A stretch of 64,000 nucleotides of DNA from Squalus acanthias (GCA_030390025.1 JASTWF010000350.1:434001-498000); one strand, 5' to 3'. Shown: positions 34,121 through 47,955, counted from the stretch's first letter. Numbers and translations are program-made. The notes: generated by a model not told the origin, from the sequence alone.

Positions 34121-35013
34121 GGGGGAGAAATTCAGTATCGCCCCATTTGGGGCGCAATTATCGGCCGGGCGCAAAGATTAGCGCCTGGCGCTAATTATCG
34201 CCACCGACTGCAAACTTGACTTTTATCGCCCCTGGAGGTGATTGCAGCGCTAAATCAGGCGCTTCACACCTGTCTTAAGGCGCAAATGCCGAGGAGCGAG
34301 GCGCTACCTCAGAGCGCTGGCGAAGCTCATGTAATGTCAGTCAGCAATGGAACACACACACAATGGCACGGGCCAGTTCTTAAAGGGGATGGTTAATCTT
34401 GCTTTCCATCCACATCCTGCTCATTGCAGCCTTGAATCTCGGCCTGGAGAGACCTGCACATCAAATGTGCTGGAAAGAACAATGGAGAGTACCAGGCAAA
34501 GAGCTCAGAGTGCAGCCCCCACAGTCTCTGCTAAATCGATACAAGGAATGGCAAATCAAAATGAACCTGCAAAGTGCTGCTCAGTACCCAAAACTCCTTC
34601 ACACAACGTTGAATCTCTCCAGAAGTCTCTCCCTCTCTCTCTCAGAATGCGTAGTTCAAAAATGGCACCAACAATAAAAGGCAGGAAGCGGTCACCTTTA
34701 AATAGCGCTCCCCCTTTCCCTTCATGACTGCAGAACGCTCCCCTCAACCTGTCGTTGCTAGCGTCAGGCGGTAAGGCAGGGGGCGCCACTCAATATCCGC
34801 TCCGGGGCGATACCGGGGCGTTGCGCACTCGAGTGACGTCATGATCTGCCGGCGCAGGAGATCGTGGCGGTAGTGTTTAGCGCTGCCGCAAAATGTCTAG
34901 TTAATTTTGCGAGCGGCGCAAACTTCGCCGCGCCTGGGCGCTAGATGCTTTGCGCCCCATTAGCGCCCTCTTAAGGCGCTAACGGGAGGCGCAACCAACT
35001 GAGTTTTTCCCCC
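34121..35013. mobile_element. 893-bp Harbinger-type MITE (second copy, inverted), TSD CTT
   Basis: TIRs gggggagaaatt / agtttttccccc; CTT at 34118-34120 and 35014-35016; core nearly identical to 10210-10575. Confidence 0.9.
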
Positions 35014-35782
35014 CTTGTGTCTGGAACACACTTCCTGTCCACAAAACTTACTTCCTGTTTTCGTGATTTTCAGTCATGCTTTTTAACTGTTACCATTGAA
35101 AATCCCTATGTAAACATTTATGATGGGAAAACCCTATCTAAAGATTTAAACATTTCCTGCACCAGCATAGATTGTTGGTCACCAATCAAATTACTCAAAT
35201 GCTTTTTGAAAAACTTTGGCTGCCATTTCTTCTTCTTACTGAATGAAGTTTCTGTATTCTAGGTTTTACACAAAATCAGAAAAAAGACAAATTTCACCAT
35301 AACAGGATTGAATTTATCCATTGAATTGTGTTTTTGAGTCTTTTAATGCCTTCATTACCTCCAAGCCTCAGCCTATCATGAAAGCCTGAGCTTCCACTGG
35401 ACAGTTAGAGAAAGATCTCAACCACATCAGCACATTCTGAGCCGATGCACTCAGCAGAATTAACCAGCATTAGATATGTGCATTAACAGCACCTGAAAAC
35501 TACAACTAGTTTGAGTTAGTTAGAGATTTTTTGACTTCTCCAAAAGACTTCGAAAAATCCCCACGAAATTGAATTCCCTGAGCTTTATTTAATTTATTAA
35601 TAAATGCTGTTTTCTGTTGTGAACAGGTCAGGCACACAGCACCTGTGAACAGCAACATGTGTTATTGATTGTTAGGGAAGAAAACATAGAAATTATCGAT
35701 AAAGAATAAATTGTTGTTTATTGCTGGGAAGGAGGATGACTGGGGCAAAAAAAAGGGCAGCAAATGAGTTGGGCATTGGAGC

Positions 35783-36314
35783 TGTACACGCCCTGGTAAT
35801 GTGTACACGCCCTGGTAATGTGTACACGCCCCGGTAATGTGTACACGCCCCGGTAATGTGTACACGCCCATGTCATCTGTACACGCCCTGGTAATGTGTA
35901 CACGCTCCGGTAATGTGTACACGCCCCGGTAATCTGTACACGCCCCGGTAATCTGTGCACGCTCTGCCAATCTGTACACGCCCCGGTAATCTGTACACGC
36001 CCCGGTAATCTGCACACGCCCCGGTAATCTGCACACGCCCCGGTAATCTGCACACGCCCCGGTAATCTGCACAAGCCCCGGTAATCTGCACACGTCCCGG
36101 TAATCTGCACACGCCCCGGTAATCTGCACACGCCCCGGTAATCTGCACACGCCCCGGTAATCTGCACACGCCCCGGTAATCTGTACACGCCCCGGTAATC
36201 TGTACACGCCCCGGTAATTTGTACACGCCCTGGTAATTTGTACACGTCCCGGTAATCTGTACACGCCCCGGTAATTTGTACACGTCCCGGTAATCTGTAC
36301 ACGCCCCGGTAATG
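35783..36314. repeat. 19-bp minisatellite (tgtacacgccccggtaatc)
   Basis: Direct observation. Confidence 0.95.
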
Positions 36315-36488
36315 TCCCTACACTCTTCCTATTATGTTAAAGCCCGACCCCTCACCACAATGTTGTAACCACAACCCTTCCAGGTCACAGGGAGTAACAC
36401 ACACAGTGTAGCACCCGAGCCCTTCCCAGTAGCCTCATGTACCTCAATCTGCTTTAATCAGGGACTTGACTAGAGGCTGGATCCGTAC

Positions 36489-36600
36489 CTTTCGCCGTTG
36501 GTCATGGAATTCTTCTGCTTGGCCTGCTGAAGTCCTGTTTTGCTGGAACATGACTGATGGGGGTAGTGGCACCAATGGGGCAAACTCGCTCCTGCTATCT
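36489..36600 (-). CDS. CACNA1E: Cav2.3-like exon ([26 protein letters not shown]), 112 nt
   Basis: cacag|A..AAG|gtacgg; open frame bridging phase 2 to phase 0; weak similarity to Cav2.3 SGRSGYPSMSPLSPQDIFQ. Confidence 0.75.
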
Positions 36601-36629
36601 CTGTGAGGGATTTAGAGTGAAAGATAGTA

Positions 36630-37076
36630 AGAAATTGTATTTATGTCACTCCTTTCACAACCACAGGATGTCCCAAAGCACCTTACAGCCAATGAAATAT
36701 TTTTTGAAGTATAGTCACTGTTGTAATGTAGGGAACGCTGCCGTCAATTTGCGCACAGCAAGGTCCCACAAACAGGAATGTGATAATGACCAGATAATCT
36801 GTTTCAGTGATGTTGGTTAAGGGATAAATATTGTCCAAGGCATCAGGGAGAACCCCCCTGCTCTTCTTTGAATAGAGCCATCGGATCTTTTACATTCACC
36901 TGAGAGGGCAGATGGGGACTCGGTCGAACGTCTTATCTGAAAGACGGTGCCTCCAACAGTGCAGCTCTCCCCTGGAGTGTTAGCCTAGATTTTTGTGCTC
37001 AAGTCTCTGGAGTGGGATTTTGAACCCACAACCTCTGACTCAGAGGTGAGGGTGCTACCCACTGAGCCACAGCTAA
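36630..37076 (-). mobile_element. Deu-domain SINE
   Basis: Same family as 24985-25437. Confidence 0.8.
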
Positions 37077-37391
37077 CAGTATAATTTACAATATACACAA
37101 TAGGGTTTAGGTAGCATGTTGCAGTGTGCACAGCTCCTCCTCGCACTCAGAAGTGCATGTACTGCCAAAGAGTGTCGGCCCTTATAATGACAAGAGATCT
37201 ATCTGCAGCAACTCTCCCAGTGAGCAAGGCTCCATACCAGGAGCCCAGGAACACTGAATTTACCCGATAGAGTCAATTCTGCTCAAACAGAGTTGAGGGG
37301 GCAGGGAGAGGGGGAGCAGGGTCAAAGGGAGTAGTCCTGCGAGCACATGCCTATACATTCTGCAGGGCGGGTGAATAACACTCTCAGACTC

Positions 37392-37595
37392 TCAATCTCC
37401 GCCCCAAAAAGCTGTTGAGGCTGGGGGTCAATTGTAAATTTTAAAACAAAGAAGGATAGATTTTTGTTGGGTAAGGGTATTAATGGTTACGGAATGGTTA
37501 CAGGTAGATGGAGTTAAGATACAGACCAGCCACGATCTAACTGAATGGTGGAACAGTCTCGAGGGGCTGAATGGCCTCCTCCTGTTCCTATGTTT
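37392..37595 (+). mobile_element. CR1 3' end fragment
   Basis: Similar to 1585-1785 (ccccaaaaagctgttgaggctggggg..). Confidence 0.8.
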
Positions 37596-37758
37596 CACCC
37601 TGGTGAGGAGATAGTTAGCTTGTACAAGCCAGAGGAAAAACATAGTAATGTCCTCAAGTGAGAAAGATCCGGTAGTTTAATGGAAGCTTTTACAACGTCT
37701 TAAGGACGATGCCTACAGCACTGCCTGGTCGGGAGTGCAGTAATGACGTGGAACTTAC

Positions 37759-37865
37759 ATGTCACGTCCCATGTCTGGCTGCAGAAAGGGCAGTGCTTTA
37801 GTGCTTGAGATAATCTGTGGTGGCAGAGAGGAAGCGTCCATCCGCTGGAACATGGGGGTTCGACT
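37759..37865 (-). CDS. CACNA1E: Cav2.3-like exon ([35 protein letters not shown]), 107 nt
   Basis: cttag|AGT..AT|gtaagt; PMFQRM..SSLP..II...KALP.LQ matches Cav2.3. Confidence 0.9.
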
Positions 37866-38291
37866 CTAAGCAAAGACAGAACTTGCATTCATTATAGGAC
37901 CTTGCACGCCCTAAAGATCACGAGCCTCCTCCCACTCTAATTACCACTTCCCACCTTCCGCCGTATCCCTCTAATCCCTTCTCCCTCATGTATGTTAGAT
38001 TATGGGATTTAGTCTCAGGAATGGGACGAGCTCAGTCAGCTGAGGTGTTCCAGAAAGGCACATGTGAGACCACCAGTGTCCCCCACCCTATTTCACCCAT
38101 TCCGTCTCCCCCACCCTATTTCACCCATTCCGTCTCCCCCACCCGATTTCACCCATTCCTTCTCCCCCACCCGATTTCACCCATTCCGTCTCGCACACCC
38201 TATTTTCTGTTTTTGTTTCAGATCCCCAGCGTCTGTGGTATTTTGTTTATTGGTTCAGTTGAGTTCAGTCCTATATTTTCTGGGTCAGTAC

Positions 38292-38392
38292 CTGCTCCTC
38301 CTGCAGTTTCTGGTACTTCTTGGTCTTACTCTGTTTGTAGTAATCCATGATCATCATGGCAGCGTAGATTTTCCCAATGGTCAGGTCTGCAT
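38292..38392 (-). CDS. CACNA1E: Cav2.3-like IQ-like exon ([33 protein letters not shown]), 101 nt
   Basis: ctccag|AT..CAG|gtactg; [17 protein letters not shown] is the Cav2.3 calmodulin-binding IQ-like motif. Confidence 0.95.
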
Positions 38393-38659
38393 CTGGAGGA
38401 GAATAGATGTTCATTAGTCCAGAGATCAGGCACAGCACGAACACAGACACTGATCAGAGATATACTGTAAAACCATGGTTACATTACATCTAGCAGAGCT
38501 TCAGTTAAGAACAGGAACCATTCCCTGATAGCTGAGTGTGTAAGTGCATTGTTCAGTGTGGCATTGAGTCACAGACCATGGAGGCCCCTGGCCCAATCCC
38601 TGGTAAATGTAAAGTTAGCTAGGCTCAGCCATGGGCCTACAATGAAAAGGGATAAAATT

Positions 38660-40045
38660 GGGGACTAGGTCAGGAGGCCCAGGGTGGTCTGAGGAGCTTG
38701 GGTTCGGGACTGGAGGCCCAGGCCGGTCTGAGGAGCTTGGGTTCGGGACTGGAGGCCCAGGCCGGTCTGAGAAGCTTGGGTTCGAGACTGGAGGCCCAGG
38801 CCGGTCTGAGGAGCTTGGGTTCGGGACTGGAGGCCCAGGCCGGTCTGAGGAGCTTGGGTTCGGGACTGGAGGCCCAGGCTGGTCTGAGGAGCTTGGTTCG
38901 GGACTGGAGGCCCAGGCCGGTCTGAGGAGCTTGGGTTCGGGACAGGAGGCCCAGGGCGGTCTGAGGAGCTTGGGTTCGCGACAGGAGGTCCAGGCCGGTC
39001 TGAGGAGCTTGGGTTCGGGACTGGAGGCCCAGGCCGGTCTGAGGAGCTTGGGTTCGGGACTGGAGGCCCAGGTCGGTCTGAGGAGCTTGGGTTCAGGACA
39101 GGATGCCCAGGCCGGTCTGAGGAGCTTGGGTTCGGGACTGGAGGCCCAGGCCGGACTGAGGAGCTTGGGTTCAGGACTGGAGGCCCAGGCCGGTCTGAGG
39201 AGCTTGGGTTCAGGACAGGAGGCCCAGGGCGGTCTGAGGAGCTCGGGTTCAGGACAGGAGGTCCAGGTCGGTCTGAGGAGCTTGGGTTCGGAACTGGAGG
39301 CCCAGGCCGGTCTGAGGAGCTTGGGTTCGGGACTGGAGGCCCAGGCCGGTCTGAGGAGCTTGGGTTCGGACTGGAGGCCCAGGCCGGTCTGAGGAGCTTG
39401 GGTTCGGGACTGGAGGCCCAGGCCAGTCTGAGGAGCTTGGGTTCGGGACTGGAGGCCCAGGCCGGTCTGAGGAGCTTGGGTTCGGGACTGGAGGCCCAGG
39501 CCGGTCTGAGGAGCTTGGGTTCGGGACAGGAGGCCCAGGGCGGTCTGAGGAGCTTGGGTTCGGGACAGGAGGTCCAGGCTGGTCTGAGGAGCTTGGGTTC
39601 GGGACTGGAGGCCCAGGCCGGTCTGAGGAGCTTGGGTTCGGGACTGGAGGCCCAGGCCGGTCTGAGGAGCTTGGGTTCAGGACAGGAGGCCCAGGGCGGT
39701 CTGAGGAGCTCGGGTTCAGGACAGGAGGTCCAGGTCGGTCTGAGGAGCTTGGGTTCAGGACAGGAGGTCCAGGTCGGTCTGAGGAGCTCGGGCTTGGGAC
39801 AGGAGGCCCAGGGCGGTCTGAGGAGCTCGGGTTCAGGACAGGAGGTCCAGGTCGGTCTGAGGAGCTACGGCTTGGGACAGGAGGCCCAGGTCGGTCTGAG
39901 GAGCTCGGGCTTGGGACAGGAGGCCCAGGGCGGTCTGAGGAGCTCGGGCTTGGGACAGGAGGCCCAGGTCAGTCTGAGGAGCTCGGGCTTGGGACAGGAG
40001 GTCCAGGCCGGTCTGAGGAGCTTGGGTTCAGGACTGGAGGCCCGG
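38660..40045. repeat. 39-bp minisatellite (gggactggaggcccaggccggtctgaggagcttgggttc)
   Basis: About 35 tandem copies. Confidence 0.95.
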
Positions 40046-40365
40046 GGCGGTGGTGGAGTCTTCATTTTATATTTATGTGCAGTGATAATTTGAGTTTCTA
40101 TGGATTTGCGATTCAGAAATGCAGAATTCCGCATAATTGTGTTTGTAAATGGTGAGATGGTGTATTGAGAGCCGGCACTAGTGAGTCTGATGGACAAGGT
40201 GTGATTATTAGAGTCTGAGGGGGACGTGGCAAGTCTTTACAGTCAGTGCCTGTCACATATTCCAGCACATTTATACACCATCCAGAGGAAATACAGGATC
40301 TAGGATGTGCTCCAACAAACTCCGCCCTGGGAAGGGGACATTCGCCCAGGAGATGCTTTAGTTAC

Positions 40366-40473
40366 CTGTGTGTATGGGAACCAAGAAGTCTAGTGTCTTC
40401 TGTGAGAGGTGAGGCCAAATTGTCATGATCTCCTTTCGCAGCTCAGCATCCAGCTGCTGTTTGTCTGCTCCAC
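40366..40473 (-). CDS. CACNA1E: Cav2.3-like pre-IQ exon ([35 protein letters not shown]), 108 nt
   Basis: tttcag|GT..G|gtaac; matches the Cav2 pre-IQ region. Confidence 0.95.
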
Positions 40474-40547
40474 CTGAAAGAGATTATTCAGGAATCACGT
40501 ATCACTATGTGTCTGGTTATAACCCACAACCTGGAGGCAGCCCACAG

Positions 40548-43107
40548 AGTGTACAGTTATCCCCCTGAGGCAGGAACCGAGACCCCAGTCAGTGTACAGA
40601 TATCTCCCTGAGGCAGGAATCGAGACCCCAGTCAGTGTACAGATATCCCCCTGAGGCAGGAATCGAGACCCCAGTCAGTGTACAGATATCTCCCTGAGGC
40701 AGGAATCGAGACCCCAGTCAGTGTACAGATATCTCCCTGAGGCAGGAACCGAGACCCCAGTCAGTGTACAGATATCCCCCTGAGGCAGGAACCGAGACCC
40801 CAGTCAGTGTACAGATATCTCCCTGAGGCAGGAATCGAGACCCCAGTCAGTGTACAGATATCCCCCTGAGGCAGGAACCGAGACCCCAGTCAGTGTACAG
40901 ATATCCCCGAGAGGCAGGAATCGAGACCCCAGTCAGTGTACAGATATCCCCGAGAGGCAGGAATCGAGACCCCAGTCAGTGTACAGATATCTCCCTGAGG
41001 CAGGAACCGAGACCCCAGTCAGTGTACAGTTATCCCCCTGAGGCAGGAACCGAGACCCCAGTCAGTGTACAGATATCCCCGAGAGGCAGGAATCGAGACC
41101 CCAGTCAGTGTACAGATATCTCCCTGAGGCAGGAACCGAGACCCCAGTCAGTGTACAGATATCCCCCTGAGGCAGGAATCGAGACCCCAGTCAGTGTACA
41201 GATATCTCCCTGAGGCAGGAACCGAGACCCCAGTCAGTGTACAGATATCCCCCTGAGGCAGGAACCGAGACCCCAGTCAGTGTACAGATATCCCCCTGAG
41301 GCAGGAACCGAGACCCCAGTCAGTGTACAGATATCTCCCTGAGGCAGGAACCGAGACCCCAGTCAGTGTACAGATATCTCCCTGAGGCAGGAACCGAGAC
41401 CCCAGTCAGTGTACAGATATCTCCCTGAGGCAGGAACCGAGACCCCAGTCAGTGTACAGATATCTCCCTGAGGCAGGAACCGAGACCCCAGTCAGTGTAC
41501 AGATATCTCCCTGAGGCAGGAACCGAGACCCCAGTCAGTGTACAGATATCCCCCTGAGGCAGGAACCGAGACCCCAGTCAGTGTACAGATATCTCCCTGA
41601 GGCAGGAACCGAGACCCCAGTCAGTGTACAGATATCTCCCTGAGGCAGGAACCGAGACCCCAGTCAGTGTACAGATATCTCCCTGAGGCAGGAACCGAGA
41701 CCCCAGTCAGTGTACAGATATCTCCCTGAGGCAGGAACCGAGACCCCAGTCAGTGTACAGATATCCCCCTGAGGCAGGGACTGAGAGACCCCAGTCAGTG
41801 TACAGATATCTCCCTGAGGCAGGAACCGAGACCCCAGTCAGTGTACAGATATCTCCCTGAGGCAGGAACCGAGACCCCAGTCAGTGTACAGATATCCCCC
41901 TGAGGCAGGGACTGAGAGACCCCAGTCAGTGTACAGATATCCCCCTGAGGCAGGGACTGAGAGACCCCAGTCAGTGTACAGATATCCCCCTGAGGCAGGG
42001 ACTGAGAGACCCCAGTCAGTGTACAGATATCCCCCTGAGGCAGGGACTGAGAGACCCCAGTCAGTGTACAGATATCCCCCTGAGGCAGGAATCGAGACCC
42101 CAGTCAGTGTACAGATATCTCCCTGAGGCAGGAATCGAGACCCCAGTCAGTGTACAGATATCCCCCTGAGGCAGGAATCGAGACCCCAGTCAGTGTACAG
42201 ATATCCCCCTGAGGCAGGAATCGAGACCCCAGTCAGTGTACAGATATCCCCCTGAGGCAGGAATCGAGACCCCAGTCAGTGTACAGATATCCCCCTGAGG
42301 CAGGGACTGAGAGACCCCAGTCAGTGTACAGATATCCCCCTGAGGCAGGAACCGAGACCCCAGTCAGTGTACAGATATCCCCCTGAGGCAGGAATCGAGA
42401 CCCCAGTCAGTGTACAGATATCTCCCTGAGGCAGGAATCGAGACCCCAGTCAGTGTACAGATATCTCCCTGAGGCAGGAATCGAGACCCCAGTCAGTGTA
42501 CAGATATCTCCCTGAGGCAGGAATCGAGACCCCAGTCAGTGTACAGATATCCCCCTGAGGCAGGAATCGAGACCCCAGTCAGTGTACAGATATCTCCCTG
42601 AGGCAGGAATCGAGACCCCAGTCAGTGTACAGATATCTCCCTGAGGCAGGAACCGAGACCCCAGTCAGTGTACAGATATCCCCCTGAGGCAGGAACCGAG
42701 ACCCCAGTCAGTGTACAGATATCTCCCTGAGGCAGGAACCGAGACCCCAGTCAGTGTACAGATATCCCCCTGAGGCAGGAATCGAGACCCCAGTCAGTGT
42801 ACAGATATCCCCGAGAGGCAGGAACCGAGACCCCAGTCAGTGTACAGATATCTCCCTGAGGCAGGAATCGAGACCCCAGTCAGTGTACAGATATCTCCCT
42901 GAGGCAGGAACTGAGACCCCAGTCAGTGTACAGATATCCCCCTGAGGCAGGGACTGAGAGACCCCAGTCAGTGTACAGATATCTCCCTGAGAGAGGGACT
43001 GAGCGACCCCAGTCAGTATACAGATATCTTCCTGAAAGAGAGGGACTGAGGTACCCGAGTCAGTGTCCAAATATCTCGCTGAGAGAGGGACTGAGACCCT
43101 AGTCAGT
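40548..43107. repeat. 43-bp minisatellite (gagaccccagtcagtgtacagatatctccctgaggcaggaacc), about 59 copies; continues at 46720-47017
   Basis: Period of 43 confirmed by eye (accgaga at 41221 and 41264). Confidence 0.96.
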
Positions 43108-46100
43108 CATAGAGTCATAACGGCACAGAAGGAGGCCATTCGGCCCATCGAGTCCATGCCAGCTCTCTGTTGAGTGATCCAGTCAGTCCCATTCCCCCGC
43201 TCTATCCCTGTAGTCCTGCAAGTTTATTTCCCTCATGTGCCTATCCAGTCTCCCCTTGAAAACCATGAGTGTGTTCACTTCCACCGGCAGCGAGTTCCAG
43301 GTCATCATCACTCGCTGCGTAAAAAAGTTTTTCCCCACGTCCTCCCTGTATCTCTTGCCCAAAACCTTAAATCGTGTCCTCTAGTCCTTGTACCATCAAC
43401 TAGTGGGAACAGCCTTTCCCCGTCTAGCTTATCCAAGCCCGTCATTAGCTTGTACACCTGTATCAAATCACCCAGCAACCTCCTTTGCTCGAATGAAAAC
43501 AACCCCAGCTTCTCCAACCTGTCCTTGTAGCTAAGATCCCCCAGCCCCAGAACCATTCTGGTAAATCTCCTCTGCACCCTCTCAAGGGCCTTCACATCCT
43601 TCCTAAAGTGTGGTGACCAGAACTGGACGCAATACTCCAGTTGTGGCCCAACCAGCGCTTTATAAAGGTTCAGCATAACTTCTCTACTTTTGTACTCAAT
43701 ACTTCTATTTATGAAGCCCAAGATCCCATATGCTTTGCTAACCACTCTCTCAATATGTCCCGCCACCTTCAGGGACCCATGCACATTAACTCCTAGGTCC
43801 CTCTGTCCCTGCACACTCTTTAAAACTGTGCCATTAAGTGTATATTGCCTCTCCCTGTTCCTTCTGCCAAAATGCATCACCTCACACTTCTCTGTATTAA
43901 ATTCCATCTGCCACTTGTCTGCCCATTCTGCTAGCCTTTCTATGTCCTGTTGCAGTCAATTGGTATCATCCTCACTGTTTGCCACTCCCCCAAGTTTGGT
44001 GTCATCGGCAATTTAGAAATTCTACTCTGTATTCCAATATCCAGGTCATTTATATATATATCAAAAAAAGCAGTGGCCCCAGCACTGACCCTTGGGGAAC
44101 ACCACTGTCTGCCATCCTCCAGTCTGAAAAACAGCCATTTACCACAACTCACTGTTTTCTGTCCTTAAGCCAATTCCTTATCCAAGCTGCCACTGATCCA
44201 CCTATTCCATGAGCCTCAATTTTGTTAACCAGCCTTCTATGTGGTCCTTTGTCAAATGCCTTCCGAAAATCCATGCAGACAACATCCATTGCATTCCCTT
44301 CATCAATCCTCCCTGTTACTTCATCAAAAAATTCAATTAGATTAGTCAAACACGATCTTCCTTTTACAAATCCATGTTGGCTCTCCTTAATTAGCTTAAA
44401 CCTCTCCAAGTGCACGTTAATTTTTTCCCTGATTATTGTTTCTAAAACTTTACCCACCACTGATGTTAAACTGAACAGCCTATAGTTACTAGGATTGTCC
44501 TTACACCCTTTCTTGAACAATGGTGTCACATTTGCCACTTGCCAATCTTCAGGCACCTCCCCCGCATCTAGGGAAGATTGGAAAATTATGACAAGCCCTT
44601 CCACTATCTCCTCCCCCAATTCCCTTAGCAACCTGGGATGCAAGCTATCTGGACCAGGTGACTTAACACTCTAATCATACCCAGCCTTTCTAGTACATCC
44701 TGTCTATCAATTTTCACCCCTTCCATTGCTTCTACCTTTTCCACTTCTACTGATATTTTGTCAGCATCCACCTCCGTAGTAAACACCGATACAAAGTACT
44801 CATTGAGTATTCTAGCCTTGCCCTGCGCCTCTAAGCATATATCACCTTCTTTGTCTCTAATAGGCCCCACCCCGCCTCTTACTACCTGCTTACTGTTCAC
44901 ATGCCGGTAGAAGATTTTTGGGTTCCCTTTTATGTTAACCGCCATTCTACTCTCATATTCTCTCTTTGCCAATCTTATTTTTATCTTCACTTCCCCTCTC
45001 AAATTATTGTATTTGGTCTGGTTCTCCCTTGAAGAATTCACCTGACATGCATCATACACCCTCTTTTTTTGTTTCATCTTCTTCTCTATCTCCCTCGTCA
45101 TCCAAGGAGCCCTTGCTTTGGTTCCCTTACCCTTCCCTCTTGTTGGAATGTACCTAGCCTGTACTTGGAACATCTCCTCCTTAAAGATCTCCCATTGTTC
45201 CGTTACAGTTTTTCCTGTCAGTCTTAGGTTCCATTTAACTCTGGCTAGATCCTTTCTCATCCATTGAAGTTAGCCCTATTCCAGTTTAGAAGTTCCACTC
45301 TAGATTGTTCCTTGCTCCTCTCCATTGCTAATCTAAATCTTATGATACTCAGACCCAAGTGTTCTCCCACAGACACTTGGTCGACCTGGCCCACCTCATT
45401 CCCCAACACCAGATCCAGCAATGCCTCCTTTCTAGTTGGACCAAGACCATACTGGTCAAGGAAATTCTCCTGAACACATTTCAGAATTTCCTCCCCCTCC
45501 TTTGCCTTTACCCTAACATTATCCCAATCGATATTTGGGTAATTAAAGTCCCCCAATATCACCACTCTATAGCTCTTGCATATCTCTGCGATTTCCCTGT
45601 AGATTTGCTCCTCTACCTCCCTCTCACTGTTTGTAGGCCTGTAGAATACCCCCAATAGCGTGATCATTCCCTTTTTGCTCCTCAACTCTAACCAAATAGA
45701 TTCTGTCCTTGTCCCCTCAAGAACATCCTCCCTTTCCAACACTACAATGTCTTTCTTAATCAGCACTGCCACCCCACCTCCCTTTTTTCCTTCCTTATCT
45801 TTTCTGAACACCTTGTACCCTTGAATATTAAGTGCCCAGTCCTCACCGTTTTTAAGCCACGTTTCTGTTATTGCCACAACATCATTTTGCCACACAGCTA
45901 ATTGTGCTTGTAGGTCACCAACCTTATTCACCACACTTTGTGCGCTTACGGACATGCATTCTAAACCCATTTTTAAATTTTTCGTAGTCTTTCTTAGTCT
46001 GCTCCTATCTAATATAGCACTACTTCCGCCTCTCGTACTACTTTCTTCTCTAGTACTATCCAACACATTCACTCTTTTATGCACCTTATTCCTCTTTTCT

Positions 46101-46719
46101 ACTCCTATATGCTGGTGCCCACCCCCCTGCCAAGCTAGTTTAAACCCTCCCCAACAGCACTAGCAAACCTCCCCGCGAGAATATTGGTCCCGGCTCTGTT
46201 GAGGTGTAACCCGTCCAGCTTGTACAGATCCTACCCTCCCCAGAAATGGTCCCAATGCCTCAGGAATCTAAAGCCCTCCCTCCTGCACCATCTCTCCAGC
46301 CACGCATTCATCTGTTCTATCCTCCTATTCTTGTACTCACTAGCACGTGGCACCGGGAGTAATCCAGAGATTACTACCTTTGAGGCCCTGCTTTTTAATC
46401 TCTCTCCTAGCTCCCTATATTCTGCCTGCAGGACCTCATCCTTCTTTCTGCCTATGTCGTTGGTACCGATATGGACAAGGACCTCTGGCTGTTCACCCTC
46501 CCCCCTCAGAGTGTCCTGCAGCCGCTCAGTGACATCCTTGACCCTGGCACCAGGGAGGCAACATACCATCCTGGAGTCACGTCTGCAGCCACAGAAATGC
46601 CTATGTGTTCCCCTAACCAATGAATCCCCTATCACTATTGCTCTTCCACTCTTATTCCTCCCCCCTGTGCAGCTGAGTCACCCGTGGTGCCATGGCTTTG
46701 GCTCTGGCTGCTCTCCCCA
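43108..46719 (-). mobile_element. 5'-truncated CR1 LINE (part of ORF1 esterase plus disrupted ORF2) inserted in the 43-bp array
   Basis: IGDSLVRG..HIGTND, APE and RT peptides; catagagtcat tail at about 43108. Confidence 0.92.
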
Positions 46720-47061
46720 CTGTACAGATATCTCCCTGAGAGAGAAGGACTGAGAGACCCTAGTCAGTATACAGATATCTCCCTGAGGGAGGGATTGAGA
46801 GAACCCAGTCAGTATACAGATATCTCCCTGACAGAGAGGGACTGAGACCCCAGTCAGTGTACAGATATCCCCCTGAGGGGTGGACTGAGACCCCAGTCAG
46901 TGTACAGATATCTCCCTGAGGCAGGGACTGAGAGACCCCAGTCAGTGTACAGATATCATCCTGAGGCAGGGACAGAGAGACCACAGTCGGTGTACAGGTA
47001 TCTGCTTCAGAGAGGGACATAAGAAATAGGAGCAGCAGTAGGCCATACGGGCCCTTGATCA

Positions 47062-47365
47062 TGGGTGAGGAATACGGTGAGATGATGGGGTATTGGATAT
47101 GGTGAGAAGGTGGGGTGAGGAATATGGTGTGACAGTGGGATGAGGAATATGGTGAGAAGGTGGGGTGAGGGATATGGTGAGAAGGTTGGGGTGAGGGATA
47201 TGGTGAGAAGGTTGGGGTGAGGGATATGGTGAGAAGGTTGGGGTGAGGGATATGGTGAGAAGGTTGGGGTGAGGGATATGGTGAGAAGGTTGGGGTGAGG
47301 GATATGGTGAGAAGGTTGGGGTGAGGGATATGGTGAGAAGGTTGGGGTGAGGGATATGGTGAGAT
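47062..47365. repeat. 26-bp minisatellite (tggtgagaaggttggggtgagggata)
   Basis: Direct observation. Confidence 0.92.
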
Positions 47366-47591
47366 GGTGAGAGTCGCTCCTTCAAACCTATGTCACCTGT
47401 CGTAATATCTCCTTATATGGCTTGGTGTCAAATTCTGTTAGATAATCACTCCTGTGAAGCACCATGGGACATTTTACTACATTAAAGGTGCTATATAAAT
47501 GCAAGTTATTGTTGTTGTTGTTATGGTAACCCCAGGGAGAGAAGGTTTGTGCACCGCGTGATGTGATAACAACACTGAATATCCCGCTTAC

Positions 47592-47697
47592 CTTTTGCAA
47601 GCTTGATTTGAAGTGCAGTCCTGATCAAGCCCATGAGGGTGGAGGTGAAGTGGACAGTCTTCTCCTTGGTCACAGGCATGTTCATCAGGACCAGTCT
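47592..47697 (-). CDS. CACNA1E: Cav2.3-like exon after the EF-hand ([35 protein letters not shown]), 106 nt
   Basis: tttatag|AGA..G|gtaag; [24 protein letters not shown] matches Cav2.3. Confidence 0.96.
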
Positions 47698-47955
47698 CTA
47701 TAAAGGAGAGGGACAAGTCACACCCAAATCCTGCTACGCTGCCAGCTCATCCTGTCCAGAGATAAGCGAACTGGAATCTAGTTATGCTCTTCACAACAGC
47801 TCCGGTGACACTGACGGTTTATGTGTGCTGCGATTTATCATTTTACTCAACACCCCCCGACCCCCACTGTACCTCAACCTTCTTCCCTGGTTTCTCCATT
47901 CTCTGCACCTTCCTCCCACTGAGAACTCAGAGCAGGATGTTTAAGGTAGCCACCA

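Noticed and set aside
38658..40093. Repetitive 244-aa and 231-aa ORFs (13-aa unit)
   Set aside because: 39-bp minisatellite antisense within an intron; no splice or homology support.
40548..43107. CRISPR-like regular repeats (also 31644-31952 and 49012-54603)
   Set aside because: Head-to-tail units without unique spacers, no cas genes, vertebrate context.
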